From the NCBI GenBank assembly GCA_019058015.1, contig JAHLWH010000244.1:1-19720 (forward strand): a stretch of 19,720 bases of DNA, written 5' to 3'. The position numbers were made by a program, and so were the translations under genes. The stretch's first letter is position 1. Every line of letters begins with the position of its first letter. Shown piece after piece: positions 1 through 8,533 of this stretch. The DNA is from Promethearchaeota archaeon. Its GTDB lineage: Archaea > Asgardarchaeota > Lokiarchaeia > Sigyniarchaeales > SOKP01. The notes beneath the pieces are model-generated. The model was not told where the DNA came from, ran no database searches, and saw nothing but the letters and a program-made list of their open reading frames with translations.

Positions 1-218
1 AGTTAGAATTGGTGTATTTACCACCATATTCTCCCGATTTAAGCGAGATAGAGGAATTATGGCGCGAGATCAAGCGCGAAGTGGTTTATAACACTTTTTA
101 CGAGTCATTTGAGGAATTTAAAGGGGCTTTAACGAGCGCATTGAGGAGGACAAGAGATTCAAACGGTAAGATCAAAAATCTCTGCAATTTTGAAAAGTAT
201 ATAAAGGTGGAGGGATAA
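1..218 (+). CDS. IS630-family transposase, C-terminal end (partial; continues upstream of window)
   Basis: Frame is open from base 3: LELVYLPPYSPDLSEIEELWREIKR matches the IS630/Tc1 DDE_3 motif 'LPPYSPDLNPIE..W..K' carrying the third catalytic Glu. Stop TAA at 216-218. Confidence 0.9.
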   Translation, partial: LELVYLPPYSPDLSEIEELWREIKREVVYNTFYESFEEFKGALTSALRRTRDSNGKIKNLCNFEKYIKVEG

Positions 219-269
219 TATTAAAAATAATACAATTTTTAACCAAAAAAATTTTTTCTAAATACTATA
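1..269 (+). mobile_element. Right end of an IS630-family element
   Basis: Transposase tail is followed by ...AAATACTATA (260-269), ending in TA as expected for TA-targeting IS630 ends. The left end is outside the window, so the TIR cannot be confirmed. Confidence 0.6.
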
Positions 270-411
270 GTATATTAAATTATAGTTATTCATTCGTTTT
301 ATGGATTAATTCCTAAGTTTATTGTAAAATACAAAAAATAAAATTTTTTTTCCAAAACATACTATCTGGATATTATATCGTAATATATTCAAATTTTTTG
401 CTTTCACTTAC

Positions 412-987
412 ATGGACTTCAATAATCACGTGAAAAAAGAAGTCGTTAAGATTTCCGCCGACAAATACGCCCCTGAAGCGTGCCCCTTCTGCGGGAGCAA
501 GAAGATATCCAAAAGATCGAGCTGAAAGCGGAGAATCCCTGAGATAGGAGATTTGAATACTGAAGTAATTGTGGAACTTGAAGTCGTTCTCTTTAAATGT
601 GAAGATTGCGGAATGGAATACACGCCAGAACACCCGGATTACCCCAAAAAATTTGAATATTCAAAAAGAATAATTCAGACCGCCTTATCAATACATTTTC
701 GAAAAAACTTATCAGGAAATAAAATTGCGGATTTTCTTGTAGAATATTGTAGAGTTCTTATACCTCCAAAGACTATTTATTCTTGGATCAATAATTTGAC
801 GGAAGATTTCATGAAAAGCGAATTTAAAACTGAGCCTGAACGGGCATTAGATGCTTATAAGGCGCTTACAATTGATGGGACTCACTTTAATTTAGGAAAA
901 AAGTTATTAGGTAAAAAAAAAGATGTGCAATTATCGTCAATAGTCAAGTTGTCAAAAGAAATATACTTATTGACCTGGTGGGAGTAG
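412..987 (+). pseudogene. ISL3-like transposase N-terminal ORF (zinc finger, HTH, first catalytic Asp), interrupted by in-frame TGA at 523-525
   Basis: ATG 412 is in frame with the 553 ORF: MDFNNHVKKEVVKISADKYAPEACPFCGSKKISKRSS*KRRIPEIGDLNTEV...FKCEDCG. This gives CxxC...CxxC (zf-ISL3-like), an HTH-like region (PKTIYSWI) and LTIDGTHF (first D). Confidence 0.8.
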
Positions 988-2051
988 AAAATTACGATAA
1001 CGCATATCGTGCCCTAAGTTACGTGAAAGAAAAAGCTCCTTATGACCCATATATTATTGTGTGTGATTTTAAACCAGCCTTGATTGCTGCAATCAAGGCA
1101 GTGTTTCCTAACTCTGCTGTTCAAATTGATGGATTTCATGTTATGCAAGAGGTTAATAATGGGATTAAACGCGATTTGAAAAATTATCGGGTAAACTTAT
1201 ATAAAGTAAAGGTTAATGAATTATTGGAGCTTCGTTCTTTTATTAACGCTCTCCAGGAGCAATTTAAAAATAACGACAATCTCAGTTTTAATCAACTTCC
1301 CGTATTGAAAAGTATTCAATCTTCTTATTATGGCACAAGAATATGTAAGGATGTGTTTAATAAACTCTTTTTTATATTAACTATCCAAGAACCTTACTCT
1401 TTTTTTAAGGCGCTTGATATTGCTCTCAATGGACTTCTAAGAAAACATGGTGAAGTTTTAAATGAGTTTTGCGATTCCATATACTCTAAGTTTCCGAAAC
1501 GGAAATTCACGATTAAAGGACGTACTAGAGTTCAAGGGGAACTTTTAAAAAAACTCAAGACTTTATGTCTCAATTTCAGGAAACCCTTAGAAGAGGAAGC
1601 TACAACATTCAGTAAAGAGTTAAATTTTCTCTTTTTACAGCCCGAAAAAATCACTCCAGAGATTGCGGTTCATTTAGAAAAGTTTTTAGAACAACATCCT
1701 ACTCTTAACGAATATCGTGAAATGACTCTAATGGTGGGAGAAATTTATCGAACCCCTTATGAATTGGTAGATGGACATCAAATTGACGTCTTAATGCAAA
1801 AACCAACTTATTCTGATAAATTAAATACTGCTATATCGACACTCAAAAGACATAAGAATGAGAATATCGCATTTTCAGATGTTTTCCCCAAACACCCAGA
1901 ATTATCAAAAGCTTGTCGGACAAATACAGAATGGATTAATATTAAGGTGAAAGCGCCGTTTAAAACAAGTTTCAATAGACAACGCCTTGATTTCATTGAA
2001 AATCGACTGAAACTTCAACTTGGAGGTGAAGTACGCAATTTTATTAATTAA
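915..2051 (+). CDS. ISL3-like transposase C-terminal ORF (DDE core), probably joined to the upstream ORF by a -1 frameshift at the A9 run 913-921
   Basis: IVCDFKPALIAAIKAVFPNSAVQIDGFHVMQ is the ISL3/IS256 'D...AI..VFP....ID.FH' motif, and RTNTEWINIKVK carries the last catalytic Glu. The frame opens right after TAA 912-914, inside the A run (track start 978). Confidence 0.85.
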   Translation, partial: KKRCAIIVNSQVVKRNILIDLVGVENYDNAYRALSYVKEKAPYDPYIIVCDFKPALIAAIKAVFPNSAVQIDGFHVMQEVNNGIKRDLKNYRVNLYKVKVNELLELRSFINALQEQFKNNDNLSFNQLPVLKSIQSSYYGTRICKDVFNKLFFILTIQEPYSFFKALDIALNGLLRKHGEVLNEFCDSIYSKFPKRKFTIKGRTRVQGELLKKLKTLCLNFRKPLEEEATTFSKELNFLFLQPEKITPEIAVHLEKFLEQHPTLNEYREMTLMVGEIYRTPYELVDGHQIDVLMQKPTYSDKLNTAISTLKRHKNENIAFSDVFPKHPELSKACRTNTEWINIKVKAPFKTSFNRQRLDFIENRLKLQLGGEVRNFIN

Positions 2052-2164
2052 AAAAAGTTTCATTTAAATATACATAAAATATAGGAATTAGTCATCTTTT
2101 TAAGAAATAAGAACAAAATTACAATCAAATAAAGTTTTTTAAATTAATTTTAGGAGTAATTAAA

Positions 2165-3487
2165 ATGGAAAAAAAAGAAAAAGTTTTTAATAAATTTTTA
2201 CGCAGGCAAGTTCTTTTAATCGGAATACTTTTCGCTGGCGACACAATATTTGGGTTCTTCGAACAAAATTATTTAAATACTTATTTAGACCAAGTTTTGA
2301 ATTTAGGTCCACTATTTATATCAGTAATGGTTAGTTTATCAGCGGTCCTAGGGCTTATAATGAACCTTAGTTGGGGAATAATTAGTGATAATACACGTTC
2401 CAAGTTTGGTAGACGAAGACCATATTTATTATTTGGGATTATAGCAGGAATTTCGATGATTTTATTTGCTTTTTCTATAGATCTTGGAGGAGGAAATATC
2501 ATAATTGCCTATATCATCTGTCTCATATTGGATGTAGTGATTATTGGTATTGCTTCAAATGCTTATTATGTATCTGAAAGATCATTAATCCCCGATACAG
2601 TTGAGTTAGAACTTAGAGGAAGAGCGAATGGAAGAATAAATATAATAGGATATTTAGGTTTGTTGATTGCTATTGCAGCTTTTTTAGTCGCAGATCTTAT
2701 ATTTGGGCAAGAAGTGGCTGGAGAAACGGTTATAGGACAAGAAGGGCATTTATTCGTTCTTTCAATAGGAGGAGTTAGTATTATAATTGCTGGTCTGATA
2801 GGATTTCTTTTTATAAAGGAAAAACCGGTTTCAGAATTACCTCCAAAAAAGAAATTTTTTGTTGAACTTAAAGAAATAGTTAATATAGAACAGCTTAAAT
2901 CGAATAAAGAGCTTTTTAAAATAATTCTTGCCCTAACTATATATTATTCAGGAATTTATACGGTAATGCCTTTTTTGTTTATTTGGATTTTTGCATTGAA
3001 CTTATCAACAATAGAGTTACTTCTTGGAGTTGCATTCGGATTTCCTATTTTATTTATTGTAACTTCTTACTTAGGAAAACTGGCTGATAAATATGGACGT
3101 AGAAAATATATACCAATTTCAATCATAATTATATGTATAGGTTATTTGCTAACTCCATTTGTAAAGATTGGAACAGATGTGAATTTTATTTTATTTCTAG
3201 TTGTGCTTCCATTTATTCTAATAGGAATTTTAGGACTTGCCACCCCAATGAATGCATGGACACAAGATTTGATACCTGAAAATCAAAGAGGAAAATTCTT
3301 TGGAATAGTAAATATAGTTTTTACAATTTCCCAAGTTATTGGATCTATAGTTGGGGGATTAGTAATAACTTATTTCGTAATCACAGGATTTGTCCCAGAA
3401 TCTTTCATTTTTGTTTTCGCACCAATTTTCTTTATATGTTCTATTCCACTCTTTCTTAAAGTTAAGGAGACTTTAGTTAAAGAATAA
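2165..3487 (+). CDS. MFS transporter, glycoside-pentoside-hexuronide / MalT-like sugar transporter
   Basis: About 12 hydrophobic segments. Loop motifs WGIISDNTRSKFGRRRPYLL and GKLADKYGRRK, plus SLIPD..ELRGRANG and DLIPENQRGKFFG. AGGAG RBS ~8 nt upstream. Confidence 0.92.
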   Translation: MEKKEKVFNKFLRRQVLLIGILFAGDTIFGFFEQNYLNTYLDQVLNLGPLFISVMVSLSAVLGLIMNLSWGIISDNTRSKFGRRRPYLLFGIIAGISMILFAFSIDLGGGNIIIAYIICLILDVVIIGIASNAYYVSERSLIPDTVELELRGRANGRINIIGYLGLLIAIAAFLVADLIFGQEVAGETVIGQEGHLFVLSIGGVSIIIAGLIGFLFIKEKPVSELPPKKKFFVELKEIVNIEQLKSNKELFKIILALTIYYSGIYTVMPFLFIWIFALNLSTIELLLGVAFGFPILFIVTSYLGKLADKYGRRKYIPISIIIICIGYLLTPFVKIGTDVNFILFLVVLPFILIGILGLATPMNAWTQDLIPENQRGKFFGIVNIVFTISQVIGSIVGGLVITYFVITGFVPESFIFVFAPIFFICSIPLFLKVKETLVKE

Positions 3488-3522
3488 TTTAAATTAAAAT
3501 TTCATTAATTTTTTTTATTTTT

Positions 3523-4524
3523 TTATTTTTTTTGCGGCTCAACAATAATTTTTATCCATTTTTCACGATCATAAAATTTAAATGCATCAACGGCTTCTTC
3601 CAATGTTATTTTTTTAGTAATAAGACTTCTTAAATCAAGCTTTTTACTCGCTATCATATCCAAAGCTTCTGTCCAATAATCTTTATCTGCTTTTGAATTA
3701 ACCATAGCTTCGGGATAAATCAATTCCACACCCTTTTTTCGACAATTAACATACGGAATATACTGCATTTTCTGAGCCCCAAATACTAAAACACGATATC
3801 CTGGCTTTACTAAATTAATTGCATTAAGAAGAGTATCATTATGTCCAACCATTTCAAAAACAGCATGGGCTTCACCAAATTCTTTTTCAATCTCATCTAT
3901 AACGGTTTCATTTCCATGCGTTGGTCGAGAATAATCATTTGGATTATAAACTTCTGCACCCCATTTTTTAGCCAGATCTCTTTTATGATGATATGGTTCC
4001 GTTGCGGCAACTTCAATTCTGTTATTTAATAAAATTTGTGTTAGAATTAACCCAATGGGACCAAGACCTAATACAATGGCTTTCTTTTCCCCTTCTTTTC
4101 TATCAAATTCTGCACGTTCATAACAATTTATTGCACATCCTACTGCATCTGCAAATGAAATTTCATCCATAGAAAGATCATTTCTTACTATGGGAAGAGC
4201 TCCAGTTAATTCATCCTTTCCGTGACCAACCACATTTACGTGAGTTGAATATTCGGCATATCCATGTCCCATTCGTGCTAAATGATCCCCTTCAGAAATA
4301 TCTTCAATATCATTCCCTACTTCAACCGCAATTGCACCTGTCTCGTGTCCGTGTCCACCAGGTTCGTGAGCAATTATCCAATGGCCACCTTCAAAAATCC
4401 CTACATCGCTTCCACAGATTCCTACAGACACCATTTCTGCCAATACTTCATTGGCATCTGGTTTGGGAATATCAATTTCTATTAACTTTACAACCCATGG
4501 TTCTGGGAATAATAAAGCTCTCAT
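3523..4524 (-). CDS. Zn-dependent medium-chain dehydrogenase (sorbitol/threonine dehydrogenase-like)
   Basis: GICGSD and GHE catalytic-Zn motifs and a GLGPIG Rossmann motif. No structural-Zn four-Cys loop. ATG 4524 (MRALLF) is preferred over the track TTG at 4545. Confidence 0.9.
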   Translation of the reverse strand: MRALLFPEPWVVKLIEIDIPKPDANEVLAEMVSVGICGSDVGIFEGGHWIIAHEPGGHGHETGAIAVEVGNDIEDISEGDHLARMGHGYAEYSTHVNVVGHGKDELTGALPIVRNDLSMDEISFADAVGCAINCYERAEFDRKEGEKKAIVLGLGPIGLILTQILLNNRIEVAATEPYHHKRDLAKKWGAEVYNPNDYSRPTHGNETVIDEIEKEFGEAHAVFEMVGHNDTLLNAINLVKPGYRVLVFGAQKMQYIPYVNCRKKGVELIYPEAMVNSKADKDYWTEALDMIASKKLDLRSLITKKITLEEAVDAFKFYDREKWIKIIVEPQKK

Positions 4525-4581
4525 TTTATCTTTCAATATAATCAACTAATTTTTGTAGTGAAATTTAATTATTGAATTTTT

Positions 4582-7401
4582 TTATTTACCTCTGATTCCG
4601 TCAATCAGGAGTTTTAAAATCAAACCAATACTCATATTTAATCCTTTCTCAGGAATTTTTTCTTGAACAGAAGGATCATAGTCTCTATTTACTTCTCTGA
4701 CCCATTCTAAATAAGACATATTCATAAGATTCTCTACATCAAATTCATCTTTTAACGATTTTGCTAATTTGGAATACTTGGAATAATTATTATAAAGATT
4801 AGAATCACTTTTTTTTCCGATTAATATCAAAGGAGGCAGAGTGATATGATCTGCAAATGATTGGATAAAATCTGGAGGAGAATCACCTAAGTATGGTGCC
4901 AAGATCAGTTCAAAAGTGATTATTTTTCCACTAAAAGTAGGAGCAGTAGAATGTACATTACCGAAAAGTTTTGGTATAAATTTTTGAGCATGTCCGGTAC
5001 CTTCTGTCCAATAATGAAATGGTTTTCCAAAATATGTACCAAAGGGATTTAATCTTATTTGTTGACCTTTCACATTAGTATCTCCAAAGCCTTTATTTCT
5101 GACTTTTATTGGAGAAAACGCAAAATTGGCTGCTTTTAAAGAATTAAAACCAATAAGAAGCCCCTTTTTTCGATCAGATAGAGCCATCCAGCCATCTGAT
5201 ATATTTGAAACTAAACAATCCATATCTACATTTTTAGGATCAACTTCCTTCATATCGAGATCAAAATAATCAACAACTCCAAGAAAATTTTTTTTCCAAA
5301 TTCTTAAAGGCTTTTCTTTTCCTACTATTTTAGGTTTGATTTCACATGGCATAATTTCTTGCCATCTCTCATCATATTTCTCGGTTACATAAGTTGTTCC
5401 ATCTTCACTTGTAACTTCTCCTTTAATTTCGGGAATTTTCATTAGGACATTTACAAAAAGTTCTGGTATTTCTGTATATATTGTAATAATTTTTTCAGAA
5501 TATACTTTTAAATTATCAATAATTCTAAATTCACTTTCAATTTTAACAGAAGCAGAAAAACCGTTACTACCATCTTTTAAAATAATTATATTGTCTTTTT
5601 CTGAAGTGTATCTTTTTCCATTATTCAATTTGCCAAATATAATGGCAGATTCCAGAAAATTTGAACAACCAAATTCTTTTCTATTATATTTAAAAGATAC
5701 AATTTTACCTTTTTCGTTAAATTCTAGCGTAATGTATTTATTTTTAATAAATTTTAATGTAGCTATTAATTCTTGATCTTTAACTTGATTCGCTTCTTCG
5801 GAAATATTTAATGATAATAGAGCAGTTTTTCTTCCGTTTTGATTAAACATTGAAGCAGGAATAATAGCTTCTATAAGAAAATCTGATTCAGAATCATTTT
5901 TATATATGGAGTAGTGAATTAATTCTTCTTTAGAAATAGGATTTATTAATCTTAAAGATTTATTTTCTTTCTTTAATATATCCACTAAGTCTGGTGGGAC
6001 TTCTGATCGTACTAAAATTGGTGATTTAATTAGAATATTTTCTTTTTCTGAAATACCTCTGTTAGTTATTGGAGTTATTGTCATTATATAATCATTACCA
6101 TCAAAATTTTCTAATAACTTATTCACTGCTTCTTTAACAGCAACATTAACTGCTTTTTCCGAGGCAAAGAATGCTTTTAAACCATAATTCATGGCCGTTT
6201 TTCTTCTATGTGGGTGCTGAAAAGGCACCGCCATTCCGAAATTTGTAGTAGAGGCAAAAAGAATTTTATTCTTAAGATAAGTTTCTGCTAAATCATTTCC
6301 TTCTCTTAGGTATTTATTTATTTCAGAAATTGACCGATTAACTAAATTTTCAGAGATCAAAGTATCTGAAATACATTTTAACCATCTTGCTCTCTGTCCT
6401 ACGGTCCAAAACTTTGTATTATTAAGTTTCTGTGCCCAATTATAATAACCATTCCACATACCATCAGCTACATCTTCTCTTAGAGTGGTTTCACCATTTA
6501 TATCTAATTTAGGAATAATTTCCAGTAAATTTGTAAATTCAACGAAACCATATTGATCCACAGCTTCAGCAAACTCCATTAGACCTCTTGTATTTGGCAT
6601 CCATTGTAATTTTTTTGGCATCTTGACACCAATCCAATTATCCTCATCCATATCAAAGTTTAAGAATATAAGTGCATGTCCGCTTATTTCTCCACTTTTT
6701 TGCTTTCTTCTTATTAATTCAAACCATCTTTTAATTGAACGATAATCAAGTATATCGCCAAAACCATACATAGGTATCATTAAACATGAAGTATCAGAAA
6801 TTGTAGAATTAAATTTGACTAAACCATATCTTTGATTCCAATCCAAACGAGGTTTTAAAAAAGGTCTGGCAACATCAAATTCATATACAGAATAATAAAC
6901 GCAAATTCCCTGAATACCTAATTTATTATATAATTCAATCATGCCTTGAGTAAACATTGTTTCTTGACAACGGGCATAAGGTGCAACTCTTCCCGGAAAT
7001 AATTGATTCAAGCCGATACCCATTGAATTTTCTAAATACCATTCATATTGTTGTATAAATTCTTCCGTATCAAGGATTGGTTGAGCAACATTACCCCAAG
7101 AGCCAATTAATACTTCATCTTTACCTTTTTTACATCTTTCAATCACTCCATCAAGCACATCCTGTTGGAATTCTTTTTGAAGTTGTATTGACCAGAATGT
7201 GTCGGCATAATCCCAAGTAATACGCATGTTTCCAAAAGAAAAGCCTATATCTTCAATCTTATCAAGCTCACCCAATATTTCTTTCATTAATTTAATATCT
7301 TTGCCGAAACCAGAAGCGCTTCGAGAATCACCTCGATAACTATGGTAATAATTAATGTGAGGTGATAAAACAAAATAAATTTTTTTTTCTTCTATATCCA
7401 A
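4582..7401 (-). CDS. Large cytoplasmic glycoside-hydrolase-like protein (GH38/GH57-type N-terminal barrel, beta-rich C-terminal domain)
   Basis: 939 aa, no signal peptide. N-terminal KIYFVLSPHINYYHSY, ITWDYAD, EVLIGSWGNVAQPILDTEEFIQQ and CQETMF resemble the GH38N/GH57 barrel. IKNKYITLEFNEKGKIVSF resembles the start of the GH38 C-terminal supersandwich. TTG start with AAGGAG upstream. Confidence 0.6.
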   Translation of the reverse strand: MDIEEKKIYFVLSPHINYYHSYRGDSRSASGFGKDIKLMKEILGELDKIEDIGFSFGNMRITWDYADTFWSIQLQKEFQQDVLDGVIERCKKGKDEVLIGSWGNVAQPILDTEEFIQQYEWYLENSMGIGLNQLFPGRVAPYARCQETMFTQGMIELYNKLGIQGICVYYSVYEFDVARPFLKPRLDWNQRYGLVKFNSTISDTSCLMIPMYGFGDILDYRSIKRWFELIRRKQKSGEISGHALIFLNFDMDEDNWIGVKMPKKLQWMPNTRGLMEFAEAVDQYGFVEFTNLLEIIPKLDINGETTLREDVADGMWNGYYNWAQKLNNTKFWTVGQRARWLKCISDTLISENLVNRSISEINKYLREGNDLAETYLKNKILFASTTNFGMAVPFQHPHRRKTAMNYGLKAFFASEKAVNVAVKEAVNKLLENFDGNDYIMTITPITNRGISEKENILIKSPILVRSEVPPDLVDILKKENKSLRLINPISKEELIHYSIYKNDSESDFLIEAIIPASMFNQNGRKTALLSLNISEEANQVKDQELIATLKFIKNKYITLEFNEKGKIVSFKYNRKEFGCSNFLESAIIFGKLNNGKRYTSEKDNIIILKDGSNGFSASVKIESEFRIIDNLKVYSEKIITIYTEIPELFVNVLMKIPEIKGEVTSEDGTTYVTEKYDERWQEIMPCEIKPKIVGKEKPLRIWKKNFLGVVDYFDLDMKEVDPKNVDMDCLVSNISDGWMALSDRKKGLLIGFNSLKAANFAFSPIKVRNKGFGDTNVKGQQIRLNPFGTYFGKPFHYWTEGTGHAQKFIPKLFGNVHSTAPTFSGKIITFELILAPYLGDSPPDFIQSFADHITLPPLILIGKKSDSNLYNNYSKYSKLAKSLKDEFDVENLMNMSYLEWVREVNRDYDPSVQEKIPEKGLNMSIGLILKLLIDGIRGK

Positions 7402-7429
7402 ATTATCTTAACTCCTTTAAATTTTACAA

Positions 7430-7448
7430 ATTAATTGATTCAATTAAT
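7430..7448. promoter_or_regulatory. Perfect inverted repeat ATTAATTGA-T-TCAATTAAT, candidate operator in the divergent promoter region
   Basis: 9-bp arms with a 1-nt spacer, ~30 bp upstream of the GH-like start, between divergent genes. AT-rich context lowers its significance. Confidence 0.4.
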
Positions 7449-7619
7449 ATTTGAATTGTTAAAAATTTTAATTTTCTAATACTTTTAATTAACATTTATT
7501 GTAAATATTGAATATGCTTATATATTTTATATTTAAAGGATAAAATCTGAGAATATAGCAATGATATTCTTTTTTAAGAAAAAATTTAAAAATTTGTATT
7601 TTTTATACTAAAAAATATC

Positions 7620-8531
7620 ATGACCGATTTTGAGGGAATATTTCCGGCAACTATTACTCCCATGAATAATGATTATTCTATTGATTTTGAGAGTTTTAAA
7701 AAATATCTAAGTTGGTTAAAAAATCAGAACATCAGTGGATTTGCTATTAATGTAGATACGGGAGAAGGTCCATCTTTAACATCGGAAGAACGGATGAAAT
7801 TATTAAAAAATACTAAGGAATTAGATGGAGATCTAAGAATTATTGTTGGAATAACAGGTGGCTCTACTGAAAGCGCCATAAAAGAAGCCAAGAATGCAGT
7901 TTCTTATGGGGCAGATACATTTCTAATTTTTCCAAATGTCAATTTTAAGGGGATACCTCAAAATGCTGATTTAATTTACAAATATCACGAGGATATAGCG
8001 ACAGAAACAGATAAAGATATCATAATTTTTAATTTACAAGACGATCTGGGAGGATGTTTATATACTAATGAGACTTTAAAAAAATTGATTTCAATTCCCC
8101 AAGTAAAAGCAATAAAAGAAGCAAGTTTTGACATATCCATCTTTAAATCAGTATATAAATTTTTAAAAAAACAGGATAAAAAAATCTCATTTTTAACCGG
8201 AAATGATAATTTTATATTAGAATCGTTCTTACTGGGTGCTGATGGGGGATTATTAGGGGCATGCGCACAATTCACACATTGGCAAGTAGATTGTTTCAAC
8301 TATGTTAAAACTAAACAATATAAGAAAGCAATTGAATTAAGTAAATTTTTTCAGCCCTTAGTGGATATAATTTTTATGTCTCCAGTTAGAAATTATCGTG
8401 CGAGAACAAAATATTCATTGATGTTGCAAGGTATAATTCCACGGTCTAATGTTCGACCTCCGTTAATGGAGTTGCCTGAAGAGGAAAAGAAAATAATAAA
8501 AAAGGCTTTAAAAACTTCAAAGATAATATAA
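7620..8531 (+). CDS. DapA/NAL-family class I aldolase/dehydratase (probably a 2-keto-3-deoxy sugar-acid enzyme rather than true DapA)
   Basis: EGIFPATITPM, NVDTGEGPSLTSEER, Schiff-base Lys in AIKEAS, LTGND, LGADGGLLG, VRPPL. Confidence 0.88.
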   Translation: MTDFEGIFPATITPMNNDYSIDFESFKKYLSWLKNQNISGFAINVDTGEGPSLTSEERMKLLKNTKELDGDLRIIVGITGGSTESAIKEAKNAVSYGADTFLIFPNVNFKGIPQNADLIYKYHEDIATETDKDIIIFNLQDDLGGCLYTNETLKKLISIPQVKAIKEASFDISIFKSVYKFLKKQDKKISFLTGNDNFILESFLLGADGGLLGACAQFTHWQVDCFNYVKTKQYKKAIELSKFFQPLVDIIFMSPVRNYRARTKYSLMLQGIIPRSNVRPPLMELPEEEKKIIKKALKTSKII

Positions 8532-8533
8532 AT

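Larger units (their letters stand above)
304..2093 (+). mobile_element. ISL3-like (ISL3/IS256 superfamily) insertion sequence
   Basis: Imperfect terminal inverted repeats: 304-326 GATTAATTCCTAAGTTTATTGTA vs reverse complement of 2071-2093 GACTAATTCCTATATTTTATGTA (18/23 identical). They enclose a two-frame DDE transposase. No target-site duplication seen. Confidence 0.8.

Noticed and set aside
262-273. 12-bp palindrome ATACTATAGTAT as a regulatory site
   Set aside because: It is better explained as the junction of the IS630 end with its TA target.
523-525. Selenocysteine recoding of the in-frame TGA
   Set aside because: It lies in a transposase at a non-Cys position and no SECIS-like hairpin was recognised; a nonsense mutation is simpler.
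373-633. Minus-strand ORFs 373-633 and 426-623 (also 1808-1996)
   Set aside because: They are antisense shadows of the transposase with no recognisable motifs.
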